Shown here in pieces: positions 1 to 8,721 of a stretch of 38,602 nucleotides of DNA (position 1 is its first letter; each line of letters begins with the position of its first letter). The notes below the pieces were generated by a model that was not told the DNA's origin, searched no databases, and saw only the letters and a program-made list of their open reading frames with translations. Made by a program: the position numbers and the translations under genes. Origin of the DNA: Candidatus Micrarchaeota archaeon. Its GTDB lineage: Archaea > B1Sed10-29 > JAJSAI01. Where the stretch lies: assembly GCA_964625085.1 (NCBI GenBank), contig CAZVAJ010000002.1, positions 49,347 through 87,948 of the forward strand, read 5' to 3'.

Positions 1-272
1 GTGTCTATCACAAGGCTCCAGTTTCCTGACTGGTTGGTCCCGCTTGTGAGGCTCATGTCAAGCCATGCTCCGCTCGTGCCATTCCGTATCTTGACGCTGG
101 TTATCTCTTCTCCTGCAGTGGTCACAACAGTAGCGCTGAAGTTGAAATCATCGTAAATGCGCACGTTGTCTTGTCCAGGAGTATTTAGGGTTACTTGGAT
201 TGCGCTGGCTCCTATTTGGAGCAGTAAAACAAATGCGAATAACCCAACAAAGGCCTTAACAGAAAGATTCAT
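1..272 (-). CDS. Secreted/surface protein, 5' part only (runs off window start; not in ORF track)
   Basis: Manual translation from ATG at 272: MNLSVKAFVGLFAFVLLLQIGASA-IQVTLNTPGQDNVRIYDDFNFSATVVTTAGEEITSVKIRNGTSGAWLDMSLTSGTNQSGNWSLVID... Sec-type signal peptide, beta-rich Ig-like sequence, GGTGA RBS upstream, open to the window edge. Confidence 0.8.
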   Translation of the reverse strand, partial: MNLSVKAFVGLFAFVLLLQIGASAIQVTLNTPGQDNVRIYDDFNFSATVVTTAGEEITSVKIRNGTSGAWLDMSLTSGTNQSGNWSLVID

Positions 273-398
273 CACAATTTCACCATTAGTATTCAACCAC
301 GCGGTCTTATAAAAAGATTTTGATTCGTGTAACCACTTTTTTGTGGTTGCCGTAAGCTGCCAGAAACAATTAAGTATCCTCTAGAATGAAAACAGGGC

Positions 399-977
399 AT
401 GAACTTTGATCAGCTGAAGAAAAAGGCGCTTTCCAAGCTTGAAACAGCAGTAAGAAAAGGAGAAGCAGACAAGCCTGTGTTACCTTATCTTGAACTCATT
501 AACAAGCATCCTGATTATTTCACAAGCAGTTCATGCTATGGTAGGATAATAATCATACACATCGACAGGAGAAAAGACCTGTCAAAGTTTCTTGGGAAAT
601 GGCACAGGGAGGTCTCTTTTGAAGAAGTGAAAAAGGTTCTGGAAAAAGCAGAAGGGAATGTGTGGTTTAGGTTTGATCCCCTCATCCTGCACGTGAGCTG
701 CAGGGGGATTGCTGAAGCAAAAAAACTGCTCGAGCTAAAAACAAGCATTGGGTTCAAAAGAGGAGGAATATTCAACATACGTGATGAGAGAGTACAAATA
801 GAACTTGAAGGCACTGATATGATGGCAGTGCCTGTGAAAAAAGAGAACAGAGTGCTGGTTGATGATAGTTATCTTGACCTGCTTGTGAACGAGGCCAACC
901 AAAAGTTCGTGAATAACGAGAGGAAGTGGAAAAAATTCGGGTCAGCTTGGAAGGACCATTTTTTTACTCGTACCTGA
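399..977 (+). CDS. taw3: tRNA wyosine-derivative methyltransferase Tyw3/Taw3
   Basis: Motifs D-x-x-(V/I)-x-x-L-x-x-IN, FTSSSCYGRI, KWH, PLILHVSCR, GFK-x-G; 192 aa is typical of archaeal Tyw3. Confidence 0.9.
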   Translation: MNFDQLKKKALSKLETAVRKGEADKPVLPYLELINKHPDYFTSSSCYGRIIIIHIDRRKDLSKFLGKWHREVSFEEVKKVLEKAEGNVWFRFDPLILHVSCRGIAEAKKLLELKTSIGFKRGGIFNIRDERVQIELEGTDMMAVPVKKENRVLVDDSYLDLLVNEANQKFVNNERKWKKFGSAWKDHFFTRT

Positions 978-1971
978 ACCTCAGTGTTCCCACGATCCCG
1001 CCAAACGCGGTGATTTTTTCTGATTCAGGATTTTCGTGAGAGACTATGATCACTTCTGTTCTTGTTTGCTCTGCCCTGTCCAGCAGACGTTCTATTTCTT
1101 CTCTTCTTTCCATCAGGATTTTGTCTGTCAGCACCAGTTTTTGAACCGCTCCATAATCAAGGGCTTCTTCAATTTTTTTCAGCCCATAGACCGCGTTGTT
1201 TTTTGCCAATGCTACTGTGAACTCTTCAATTGCCCGGGCTTCTTTCGCTGCTCTTGCTTCATGAACAATCTTCTGAAACTCTTCTGACTTCAAAACTTCA
1301 GACACTCCTCTGCGCCCGATATCATTCGTTTGAAGAACCTGAGCTTTTTTCGCAACCTCTGGATCAGTCTGCTTTAGCTTGCGATATACTTCTTCTGACC
1401 AAAATCCCGGGCCTGCTAAGATGATCAGGCCATCCAGCTCTTGAAGAAACTTAAACAGTTCAGAATATTTCTCAACTTGTTTTTCCTGGTAGTACTTTCC
1501 TGTTCTGAAAGTGAAGTGGGCTCTTTCAACAGGCCCGAAAGGTCTTATGGTGTGCACGTACGCGTCCTTGTCATCCACTGTGACTACATGAACTTTTTTC
1601 TTTTTCTCCTGGGCCTCTTTAAGTCTGTCAAGTTCGTGTTTTTTCCACTCTTTTTCTATCGTGATTTCAGTTCCTGGAAAAACTTCAAAGGAATGATGCT
1701 CTCCTGTTTGCACAAATTCTTCTGGTTTTCCTGAAACTATCTTTCCAAGGATCTTAAGACTGTTCGTATCAGGACGGTACTCTACTTTCCCCACACTTAT
1801 CGTGATAGTTACAGACTTTCTTTCACTTTCTCCTGACTCGAAAACCACCTTGCGGGTGGTCCTTCCAGTAACGAGATCTCCTTGTTTGATCACTTTTTCA
1901 AGGTGCCACAAGTCATCATAGTCCTCTGCCCGTAACCGCACTCGGTTCTCGTTCCTGCTAAGCAGTAGCAT
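964..1971 (-). CDS. pelA: mRNA surveillance/ribosome rescue protein Pelota (aDom34)
   Basis: EDYDDLWHL, TTRKV, GEHHSFEV, AGPGF, YG...EEALDYGAVQKLVLTD, FGGIVGTLRF (eRF1-like domains). ATG at 1971 is preferred over the TTG at 1992 because a TATA box lies about 25 nt upstream. Confidence 0.95.
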   Translation of the reverse strand: MLLLSRNENRVRLRAEDYDDLWHLEKVIKQGDLVTGRTTRKVVFESGESERKSVTITISVGKVEYRPDTNSLKILGKIVSGKPEEFVQTGEHHSFEVFPGTEITIEKEWKKHELDRLKEAQEKKKKVHVVTVDDKDAYVHTIRPFGPVERAHFTFRTGKYYQEKQVEKYSELFKFLQELDGLIILAGPGFWSEEVYRKLKQTDPEVAKKAQVLQTNDIGRRGVSEVLKSEEFQKIVHEARAAKEARAIEEFTVALAKNNAVYGLKKIEEALDYGAVQKLVLTDKILMERREEIERLLDRAEQTRTEVIIVSHENPESEKITAFGGIVGTLRFRYE

Positions 1972-1991
1972 AACCTTTTTAAGAACCCTCA

Positions 1992-2000
1992 ATTTATAAT
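1992..2000. promoter_or_regulatory. Probable shared/bidirectional TATA element between pelota and the + strand small gene/ABCE1 unit
   Basis: TTTATAA in a 59-bp divergent intergenic gap, about 25 nt from the pelota ATG and about 35 nt from ATG 2031. Confidence 0.5.
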
Positions 2001-2030
2001 CTTAGTGAAAAAGACAGGAGGGTATGAGAA

Positions 2031-2234
2031 ATGACCTTTGACAAGTTTGGTACAGGTGCTCTTTTACTCGGGCTATTGCTAATGCTTGGAGTACTCCACT
2101 TTGCGTTCATGGTCCCTGCAGGGGGCTGGGGTGTAACAGGGCTGATTAATGCAGTAGTGGCGGTAGTTGAAGGAGGACTTATATTATTCGGACTGCTGCT
2201 CATGATAATCGGGATTCTCCTGCTGGTGCTATAA
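2031..2234 (+). CDS. Small membrane protein (2 predicted TM helices)
   Basis: 67 aa, almost entirely hydrophobic, GGAGG RBS about 8 nt upstream. Confidence 0.75.
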   Translation: MTFDKFGTGALLLGLLLMLGVLHFAFMVPAGGWGVTGLINAVVAVVEGGLILFGLLLMIIGILLLVL

Positions 2235-2266
2235 CCTAAAACCTCTTGTTTTCATTTTAACGTCAG

Positions 2267-4027
2267 TTGGTGGTATGCATTAGGATAGCAGTTATTGACA
2301 GGAAAAAATGCCAGCCCAAGAAGTGCGCGCATGAATGCGAGAAATTCTGTCCAGGCGTAAGAATGGGTGATGAAACGATCACGTTTGATCCTGAAAAAGG
2401 AACGCCTGTGATAAACGAGGAGTTGTGTACAGGCTGCGGGATATGCGTCAAAAAATGCCCGTTCAATGCTATAAGCATAATCAACCTGCCAGAAGCTCTT
2501 GGCAGTCCTGTGCACCAGTATGGTAAGAATGGGTTCAGGCTGTTCGGGCTGCCTACGCCAAAAAAAGGAATTGTTGGAGTAATCGGGCGTAACGGAACTG
2601 GAAAAACAACACTGGTCAGAATTCTTTCAGGAGGACTCGTTCCGAACATGGGAAAAGAGAAACTTGAATACTGGGGGCCTGTTCTTGAAAAGTTTAAAAG
2701 AACAGAAGTGGGCCAGTACCTTGAAAAGATTGCTTCCCGAAAAGCAAGGCTGGCGGTAAAACCGCAGGAGGTTGACCAGATACCCCGCATGTTTAGTGGC
2801 ACGGTAAGAGAGATGATAGACAAGTATGATGAAACAGGAAAAGCGAGAGAACTGGTGCGGGAATTTGGCCTGGAATCATGTCTTGATACGCTTGTTTCAC
2901 AGGTCAGCGGAGGAGAACTACAAAGAGCTGCTTTGATTTCAACTATTTCCAGAAACGCGGAGTACTTCTTTTTTGACGAACCCAGCTCATTTCTTGACGT
3001 TAAACAGAGGATAAACGCGGCCAGGATAATAAGAGAACACCTTGGAGAAAAGTTTGTGTTCGTGGTAGAGCATGATCTCGCGGTTCTTGACTACCTGACA
3101 GACTATGTTCACGTGGTATACGGAAAACCAGGAGCCTACGGGATCGTGTCAAGCTTGAAGCCAAGCAGGTCAGGGATAAACGAATTCCTGGAAGGATTCT
3201 TGAAAACAGAAAATGTGCGGATCAGGGACTATCCTATCAGGTTTGAAGCAAAGCCCCCTGCAGACGCGTGGAAAGGGAAAAAAAGGATAGAATACGGTGG
3301 CTTTGTGAAGAGTTTTGAGTCTTTCACCCTTAGAGCAGACCCGGGGGAAGTTGTGAAAGGAGAGGTTGTCGGAATACTTGGGCCTAATGGGATTGGAAAA
3401 ACAACGTTTGTGAAGGTCCTGGCTGGCGAAGAAAAACCAGACGCGGGAACGCCTGGTATTGATGAGAAAATTTCTTACAAGCCTCAGTATATTTCCCTAG
3501 AATATGAGGGGACTGTAAGAGAGTGGATTTCAGAACAGGATGTTGATACTGAATTTTTCAAGGCAGAGCTTGAGCTGTTCGTCCGTGACCTGTACGATAA
3601 ACAGATGGCTGATCTTTCAGGTGGAGAAAGGCAGAGGGTGGTGACTGCTGTTGCTCTTGCGAAGAATGCTGGAATCTGCCTGCTTGACGAGCCTTCAGCG
3701 TACCTTGATATAGAACAGAGGATGATCATCGCGCAGAAAATAAAAAGAGCATCTGAAAAGCGTGAGATAACGACCATGGTAGTAGATCATGATATAGTCT
3801 TCCAGGATGCTGTCGCGAACAGGATTCTTGTCTTTTCAGGTGCTCCTGGTGTGCAGGGTTTTGCAGAGTCTCCTGAAAGTATGGAGGAAGGCATGAACAG
3901 GTTCTTGTCAGGGATGCAGATCACGTTCAGAAGGGACCTTGAAACAGGAAGACCGAGGGTAAACAAGCCGGGATCCCAGCTTGACAGAGAACAGAAAAAA
4001 ACAGGCAAGTACTATTACACTGGATAA
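2267..4027 (+). CDS. rli: ABCE1 (RNase L inhibitor/Rli1) ribosome-recycling ATPase
   Basis: N-terminal RIAVID, Fe-S cysteines CQPKKC...CEKFCP and CTGCGICVKKCP, two NBDs (GRNGTGKT, GPNGIGKT, SGGELQR, LSGGERQR, DEPS), C-terminal TFRRD...GRPRVNK. Exact start uncertain. Confidence 0.97.
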   Translation: MVVCIRIAVIDRKKCQPKKCAHECEKFCPGVRMGDETITFDPEKGTPVINEELCTGCGICVKKCPFNAISIINLPEALGSPVHQYGKNGFRLFGLPTPKKGIVGVIGRNGTGKTTLVRILSGGLVPNMGKEKLEYWGPVLEKFKRTEVGQYLEKIASRKARLAVKPQEVDQIPRMFSGTVREMIDKYDETGKARELVREFGLESCLDTLVSQVSGGELQRAALISTISRNAEYFFFDEPSSFLDVKQRINAARIIREHLGEKFVFVVEHDLAVLDYLTDYVHVVYGKPGAYGIVSSLKPSRSGINEFLEGFLKTENVRIRDYPIRFEAKPPADAWKGKKRIEYGGFVKSFESFTLRADPGEVVKGEVVGILGPNGIGKTTFVKVLAGEEKPDAGTPGIDEKISYKPQYISLEYEGTVREWISEQDVDTEFFKAELELFVRDLYDKQMADLSGGERQRVVTAVALAKNAGICLLDEPSAYLDIEQRMIIAQKIKRASEKREITTMVVDHDIVFQDAVANRILVFSGAPGVQGFAESPESMEEGMNRFLSGMQITFRRDLETGRPRVNKPGSQLDREQKKTGKYYYTG

Positions 4028-4041
4028 ATAGGGAACTTGTC

Positions 4042-4692
4042 CTATTTTACTGCCAGCACGTAGAATCCTTTTATCCTCCCTTTTCTCATGCTATGTTCTG
4101 TTACCATCACCTGCTGCCAGTCTTTAAGCATGTTCAATATTTCTTCGCGCGTGAAAAAATGGTGCAGTTCCAGGATGCCTTTCCCATACCCGTACTCTTC
4201 TGTTAAAAAGGTTCTTGGCTCTACTTCTTTTCCGGTACCGTACCTGGAATCACCAGTGCTCGGAACATTGAAAAAGAAGATTCCCCCTTTTTTCAGAACC
4301 CTGCGCACTTCGTTCACGGTCTGTTTTATGTCACTTTTTCTCGCGTGAGCAAGTGTGGTAATGCACAACACTGCATCAAAGTAGTTATCAGGAAAAGGGA
4401 TTTTGACCATGCTCGAATGAACCAGTTCAGCGCGCAGATTCTTTTCTTCAAGCGCGCGCTTACACATTCTGAGTGCGGTTTCTGAGATTTCCTGTCCTGC
4501 TACCTTGAATCCTTGTTCTGCCAAAAAGGCAAGGTGTCTGCCAAACCCGCAGCCAAGATCCAGGATTTTTTCTGCCCCTCTTTTTTTGAGCAATGGCACG
4601 AGTTCTTTGACTTGCCTGCGGGGGCCTTTTAGTGCTTCTGGCACTCCTTCTTTTTCTATTCTTTTGTAGTACTGCTCCCAAACTTCTGTCAT
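4042..4692 (-). CDS. Class I SAM-dependent methyltransferase
   Basis: ILDLGCGFGRH motif I, PFPDNYFDAV, RVLKKGG. Confidence 0.9.
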   Translation of the reverse strand: MTEVWEQYYKRIEKEGVPEALKGPRRQVKELVPLLKKRGAEKILDLGCGFGRHLAFLAEQGFKVAGQEISETALRMCKRALEEKNLRAELVHSSMVKIPFPDNYFDAVLCITTLAHARKSDIKQTVNEVRRVLKKGGIFFFNVPSTGDSRYGTGKEVEPRTFLTEEYGYGKGILELHHFFTREEILNMLKDWQQVMVTEHSMRKGRIKGFYVLAVK

Positions 4693-4696
4693 AGGA

Positions 4697-5947
4697 TCAT
4701 ATTTTGTTTAACCCCATTAAAAACGGCATTAGTTCAATGCCGCGCATGCGGCCGAGCTTGCCAAGAGAACATGCTTTTTCTCCAAACTTTCTGGCAGGTC
4801 CTGGGACTGTTATGCTTCCTGCTATCATTAGAGGAACAGGGTCTGCTGAATGAACTCCCAGTTTGCAGGGTGTAGAATGGTCTGAGGTAACAGCGATTAT
4901 TGTTTTTTTGAGCAGGGTTTGGGTTACGAGATTTCCGAAAAAGTGTTTGTCTATTTGTTCTATGCTTTTTGCTTTTCCGGCGCAGTCTGAGTCATGGCCG
5001 TACAGGTCAGGGCCTTTCAGGTGCACGTAAACAAGGTCATTTTCTTTAAGCGCCTGCTTTGCAAGCACTGCTCTTTTCTTGTATGCTTCTGCTGATTCTC
5101 CGGGAGAAAGTTTTTTTACTTTCATTCCTGCGAGTCTGGCAATCCCTATCTCGAGGGGCATGTCTGCGATTATCATGAACTTTTTACCGTATTTTTTTGT
5201 CAAGGGCAAGACATTTGGAATCTTGTTGCCAGCATCCCTGCACAGAACCATGTTCGCAGGAAACATACCCTTTTTTTCTCTTTCTTTGTTAAACCGCGCG
5301 CGGGAAAGCGCGCGGTATGCTTTTTCTGTGAACTGGTTAACTGCTCTGGCAGCAGGCTCTGCGTCCTTGGATAGTGGCTTGCATTTTCTCACAATCATCG
5401 AGTACTCTGACCGAGCTACAGAATAGTGCCCTTTCTTATCATAAGCAGGGTCAGTGTTTGTTATCTTGTCAGATAATGGCTTGTTGTCTTTCCTGCGTAT
5501 TACCAGAACGCCTCTGTGGCCCGCGGTCATCTTGAACTTGAGCTTGAAACCAGGCAGCTTTATTTTGTTAAGTAGGCTCTCGATTTCTCTTGCTTCTTTT
5601 CTGGAAATTTTTCTTCCTGCCCTGCGGTCTAAGAGTTTTTTGCCGTCTTTGGAGCTCGCAATGTTGCATCTGAGCGCAAGTTCCCCATCTCTTATCCTGA
5701 TTCCAGCACCAAGAGCTTCCAAAGGGCCCCTTCCAGTGTACTTTTCAGGAGGATACCCAAGAAGACTCATGACCGCGATGTCTGACTCTGGAGCTACTCC
5801 TGGAACAGGGTGCAAAAGCCCTACCCTTCCTATTGATGCCAGGAAATCAAGGTGAGGAGTGTCGGCATACTCATAAGGGGTCATTCCCGCCAGTGTTTTT
5901 ACTGGCCTGTCTCCTGCACCATCCAAGACAACGAGCAGTATCTTCAT
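4697..5947 (-). CDS. apgM: 2,3-bisphosphoglycerate-independent phosphoglycerate mutase (archaeal ApgM family)
   Basis: LDGAGDRP, TP...A-TP-LD, ESD-A-MSLLGY, GRGPLEA-G, DRRAGR, VHLKGPD..GHD, TSDHSTP...HSADPVP. Confidence 0.92.
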   Translation of the reverse strand: MKILLVVLDGAGDRPVKTLAGMTPYEYADTPHLDFLASIGRVGLLHPVPGVAPESDIAVMSLLGYPPEKYTGRGPLEALGAGIRIRDGELALRCNIASSKDGKKLLDRRAGRKISRKEAREIESLLNKIKLPGFKLKFKMTAGHRGVLVIRRKDNKPLSDKITNTDPAYDKKGHYSVARSEYSMIVRKCKPLSKDAEPAARAVNQFTEKAYRALSRARFNKEREKKGMFPANMVLCRDAGNKIPNVLPLTKKYGKKFMIIADMPLEIGIARLAGMKVKKLSPGESAEAYKKRAVLAKQALKENDLVYVHLKGPDLYGHDSDCAGKAKSIEQIDKHFFGNLVTQTLLKKTIIAVTSDHSTPCKLGVHSADPVPLMIAGSITVPGPARKFGEKACSLGKLGRMRGIELMPFLMGLNKI

Positions 5948-6038
5948 TACAACATCCAGGATTACGAAGTTTTTAATAGTTTCCAGGTTCCCTCAAGACA
6001 TCTGGGACAGTATACACACTAAGAAAAAGGATCAGGCC

Positions 6039-6389
6039 CTAAATGATCTGGAGTGGCGCCCTCCGACCCATAGAATCGTAGGACCTAATATTCTCTAAAT
6101 TGTACGGCCAACCTATTATGAGGTGTTCTCTGCCTGTTTTTGAAAAGAAGTCAAGATCTGCTCTGCTTGGAACAGGAGGGCCTGGATGAGAGTGGAACGT
6201 GCCTGCAGCGTTAGGGTATATTGGAATATTGTACGTTTTCACGTAAACGCTTGCCTCGAAATACTCCCCTGGCATTATCACGAAATCGTTTACGGTATCC
6301 GTTCCGAGCAAGATTCCCGCCACCTCGTTAGGATACGCTTCCTTGCAGAGTGCAAGTATCTTCTCAAGCACTTCCTTTTTTATTCTCAT
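6039..6389 (-). CDS. JAB1/MPN+ (Mov34/JAMM) domain metalloprotein
   Basis: YPNEVAGILLG and JAMM motif FHSHP-x4-SRADL. Confidence 0.9.
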   Translation of the reverse strand: MRIKKEVLEKILALCKEAYPNEVAGILLGTDTVNDFVIMPGEYFEASVYVKTYNIPIYPNAAGTFHSHPGPPVPSRADLDFFSKTGREHLIIGWPYNLENIRSYDSMGRRAPLQII

Positions 6390-7477
6390 ATTAGCGCCCT
6401 CAATAGTACGGGGATTATTATCGCGCTCATGCAGTTTATTCTTCTGACATGCATGCTTGCAGCAAGTAATCCTATGCTCGTGCTGGTTATAAAAACTATT
6501 ATCCCAAGGGATCCGGTGAAGGCGAACACCATTGCAAACAGCAATGTAAATGAAGACCCTGCGATTAAGCTGTACTGCATGTGGTGTATATTTCTACACG
6601 CTCTTTCTGCAAGCATTAATGAAAGCGGAAACGCAATACCTGCTGAGAACACTGCAACCCCTACCGAGGCAAGCAGGCTCATGTTTAGGGGTTTTAGGAA
6701 CACTGCAAGCCCGCTTCTGGTGATACCGTACACATCAAGCGTGTAAATGCTGAACATTGTGTAAGCAGCGCTTATTCCTGCAACAGAAGAAACATACTCT
6801 TCTTTCTTTATTCTTCCAAATACTCTGGAAAAAGCTGCTGCAATACCTGCGCTTGCACCTGGAACTATCGCGAAAAAGAAAGCAGAAGCTTGAGACAAAA
6901 ACACATTCCGGTACACTATGCTCTGTTCTTTTTCTTTTTGTCTGGGCAGGCTTTCTGTTTTCATGGATAATAAAAGCGTGCTTGCTCCGAAAAAGCCTGA
7001 CAGCATTGGGAACAGCATGCTGTAGTCAGCGCACAATATTCCGAGCGCGCCTGCAAGCAGGGTCACCAGAATCTTTCTCCCCGCCAGCATATGCGCCAGC
7101 AGTATTGTCAGAAAGAGTAGTATTAAGAGCTTGAATGAAGAGTACACAGGCAGCATGAACTGGTACAATAAGATGAATACAGGGCTTGAGAGCACCACAA
7201 AGAATGCTGTGCCAGAGGCCTGCTTGAATGCTAAAAGGCCCTTTCCTTTCAAGGCCAACTTGTGTCCGGGCATTATTGCCAGGGCGTTTGCGTCAGAGGA
7301 TACTCCCAAAAATATTGACTGGAATGGAACCGAGATCGCGTGAGATGCGTAGAATGATACCGCGAACATGCCCGGGTCTGGAAAGAAAAAAAAGAACGGG
7401 ATGAGATTGTTAGGGTGCAGGCCTGGAATAAATCCGGAGACTGTTCCAAGAAGAGTTCCTGCTATGGCTGACCACAT
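6386..7477 (-). CDS. TctA/DUF112-family polytopic membrane transporter
   Basis: G-x-x-SGFIPGLHPN, SIFLG...ALAIMPGH-x-L-x-x-G-x-G, FPMLSGFFGASTLL, second-half PG repeat (IVPGAS), TRSG; about 10 hydrophobic segments. Confidence 0.85.
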   Translation of the reverse strand: MWSAIAGTLLGTVSGFIPGLHPNNLIPFFFFFPDPGMFAVSFYASHAISVPFQSIFLGVSSDANALAIMPGHKLALKGKGLLAFKQASGTAFFVVLSSPVFILLYQFMLPVYSSFKLLILLFLTILLAHMLAGRKILVTLLAGALGILCADYSMLFPMLSGFFGASTLLLSMKTESLPRQKEKEQSIVYRNVFLSQASAFFFAIVPGASAGIAAAFSRVFGRIKKEEYVSSVAGISAAYTMFSIYTLDVYGITRSGLAVFLKPLNMSLLASVGVAVFSAGIAFPLSLMLAERACRNIHHMQYSLIAGSSFTLLFAMVFAFTGSLGIIVFITSTSIGLLAASMHVRRINCMSAIIIPVLLRALI

Positions 7478-7483
7478 GCCAGA

Positions 7484-7789
7484 TCATTCCTCGAAAAGCC
7501 AGCATTCTTCTGAGTATTTTGAGAGCCTGCCGCTTATGCTGTTTCTGCCAAGCCCTCTCTTCCCTTTAACCACTGCGAACAGTGTTTCGCTCTCTCCTTT
7601 CATGATGCTTATAAGTTTTCCTTTTCTAGAGGTGAACTCTTTTACTATTACGCCGTGGACTTCTGCCCTGCCATCGCACTCTAGTACTGCCCTGTCAACT
7701 GTTTTAGGAGGGTAACCAGAAGGCACTGCGTAGTAGACTAAGAGAAGTCCGAGAAAGCTTGAAAAAAGGGAAAGGTAGAAGAGATTCAT
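7484..7789 (-). CDS. Small membrane-anchored protein, probable OB-fold
   Basis: N-terminal TM helix, then a beta pattern VHGVIV...LISIM...TLFAVV...ISGRLSKY resembling OB-fold nucleic-acid-binding domains; basic surface (SRKGK, KGKRG). Confidence 0.6.
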   Translation of the reverse strand: MNLFYLSLFSSFLGLLLVYYAVPSGYPPKTVDRAVLECDGRAEVHGVIVKEFTSRKGKLISIMKGESETLFAVVKGKRGLGRNSISGRLSKYSEECWLFEE

Positions 7790-8721
7790 CTCTTCTTCTT
7801 TTTCTTTTCCTGTTCTAGTAACATTTCATACAGTGTCTTGGTTTTACCGGGTTTTCCTTTCCTTGTTTTTGAGATTATAAGCCCTACTGCTATTATCAGG
7901 AGCACTAAAGCGAGTACTGCTCCGAAGCCGAGCAGGAAGAGCGTGTTGTCCTGTGCAGGCGCTTGGCCACTTGTCTGGTTTCCTGCCGGGGGCAGTATTT
8001 CTGGCTCTGCTTGGATTTGTCTTTCTGCGCCTTTTACAATGAACACTGGCACTGTTTCTCCTTTTTCCGCGAGCAGACTTTGAAGTATTATCTGGGCCTG
8101 TTTCAGGCTGCCAACTGAAAGAAGGTATTGTTTTCTTGTGTTCTGGTCATCATTTTTCTCTGCGTACACTCTGGCCTGCGATAAGTAGTACCGAGACTGG
8201 TTCAAGTACTCGATTCCTTCTGCCTTGTTTACTGACTGGTTCAGGTCATCATATCTTTTCTGGGTGGCGTTTATTTCAAGCTCTAGCGCGTTAAGTTTTT
8301 CTGTCCAGGTCAGGTTGCCTTCTTCTGCCTTTTTTTGTTCTACTTGTACTTGCACATCATCAGAAATTTTTTCAGCTGACTGAATGGTGATCGTTGCCTG
8401 AACTGTTGCGTTCAAAGCAAGTGAGGAGAAAGTTTCGTATTCTCCGAACTCGTAGTATGTTTCCGCGTCATGCGCGTTTGCCACTGCCTGATCGTATGCT
8501 TCTTTTGCTCTCGTGAACTCTTGTATAGCGTAGGACACGTCAGCACCTTGTTTTTTAGCGTTCTCTATTTGTTTCTGCGCGTCAAGCAGGTTTTGCCCTG
8601 CCTGGTACATGTAGTACTTCATTTGCTCTAGCTGTACTTCTTCTTGGGTCAAGGCAACAGCCTGGCCCGCGAACACGGCCAAGACAAACATTACTGTAAC
8701 AAACGATGTTCTTTTTTTCAT
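7786..8721 (-). CDS. Secreted helical/coiled-coil protein with C-terminal TM anchor
   Basis: Signal peptide (MKKR...AVA), Ala/Gln/Glu-rich helices, Pro-rich linker, TM LFLLGFGAVLALVLLIIAVGLII, basic tail; ATGA overlaps at both ends. Confidence 0.8.
   Translation of the reverse strand: MKKRTSFVTVMFVLAVFAGQAVALTQEEVQLEQMKYYMYQAGQNLLDAQKQIENAKKQGADVSYAIQEFTRAKEAYDQAVANAHDAETYYEFGEYETFSSLALNATVQATITIQSAEKISDDVQVQVEQKKAEEGNLTWTEKLNALELEINATQKRYDDLNQSVNKAEGIEYLNQSRYYLSQARVYAEKNDDQNTRKQYLLSVGSLKQAQIILQSLLAEKGETVPVFIVKGAERQIQAEPEILPPAGNQTSGQAPAQDNTLFLLGFGAVLALVLLIIAVGLIISKTRKGKPGKTKTLYEMLLEQEKKKKKR

Noticed and set aside
2252..2823. Minus-strand ORFs overlapping ABCE1, and similar short antisense ORFs across the window
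   Set aside because: Opposite strand to well-supported genes, with no recognisable motifs.
5948..6038. Largest intergenic gaps (also 273-398 and 36396-36497) as possible tRNA/ncRNA
   Set aside because: No cloverleaf, T-loop GTTC-RA or clear C/D box pattern found; the gaps are explained by promoters and terminators.
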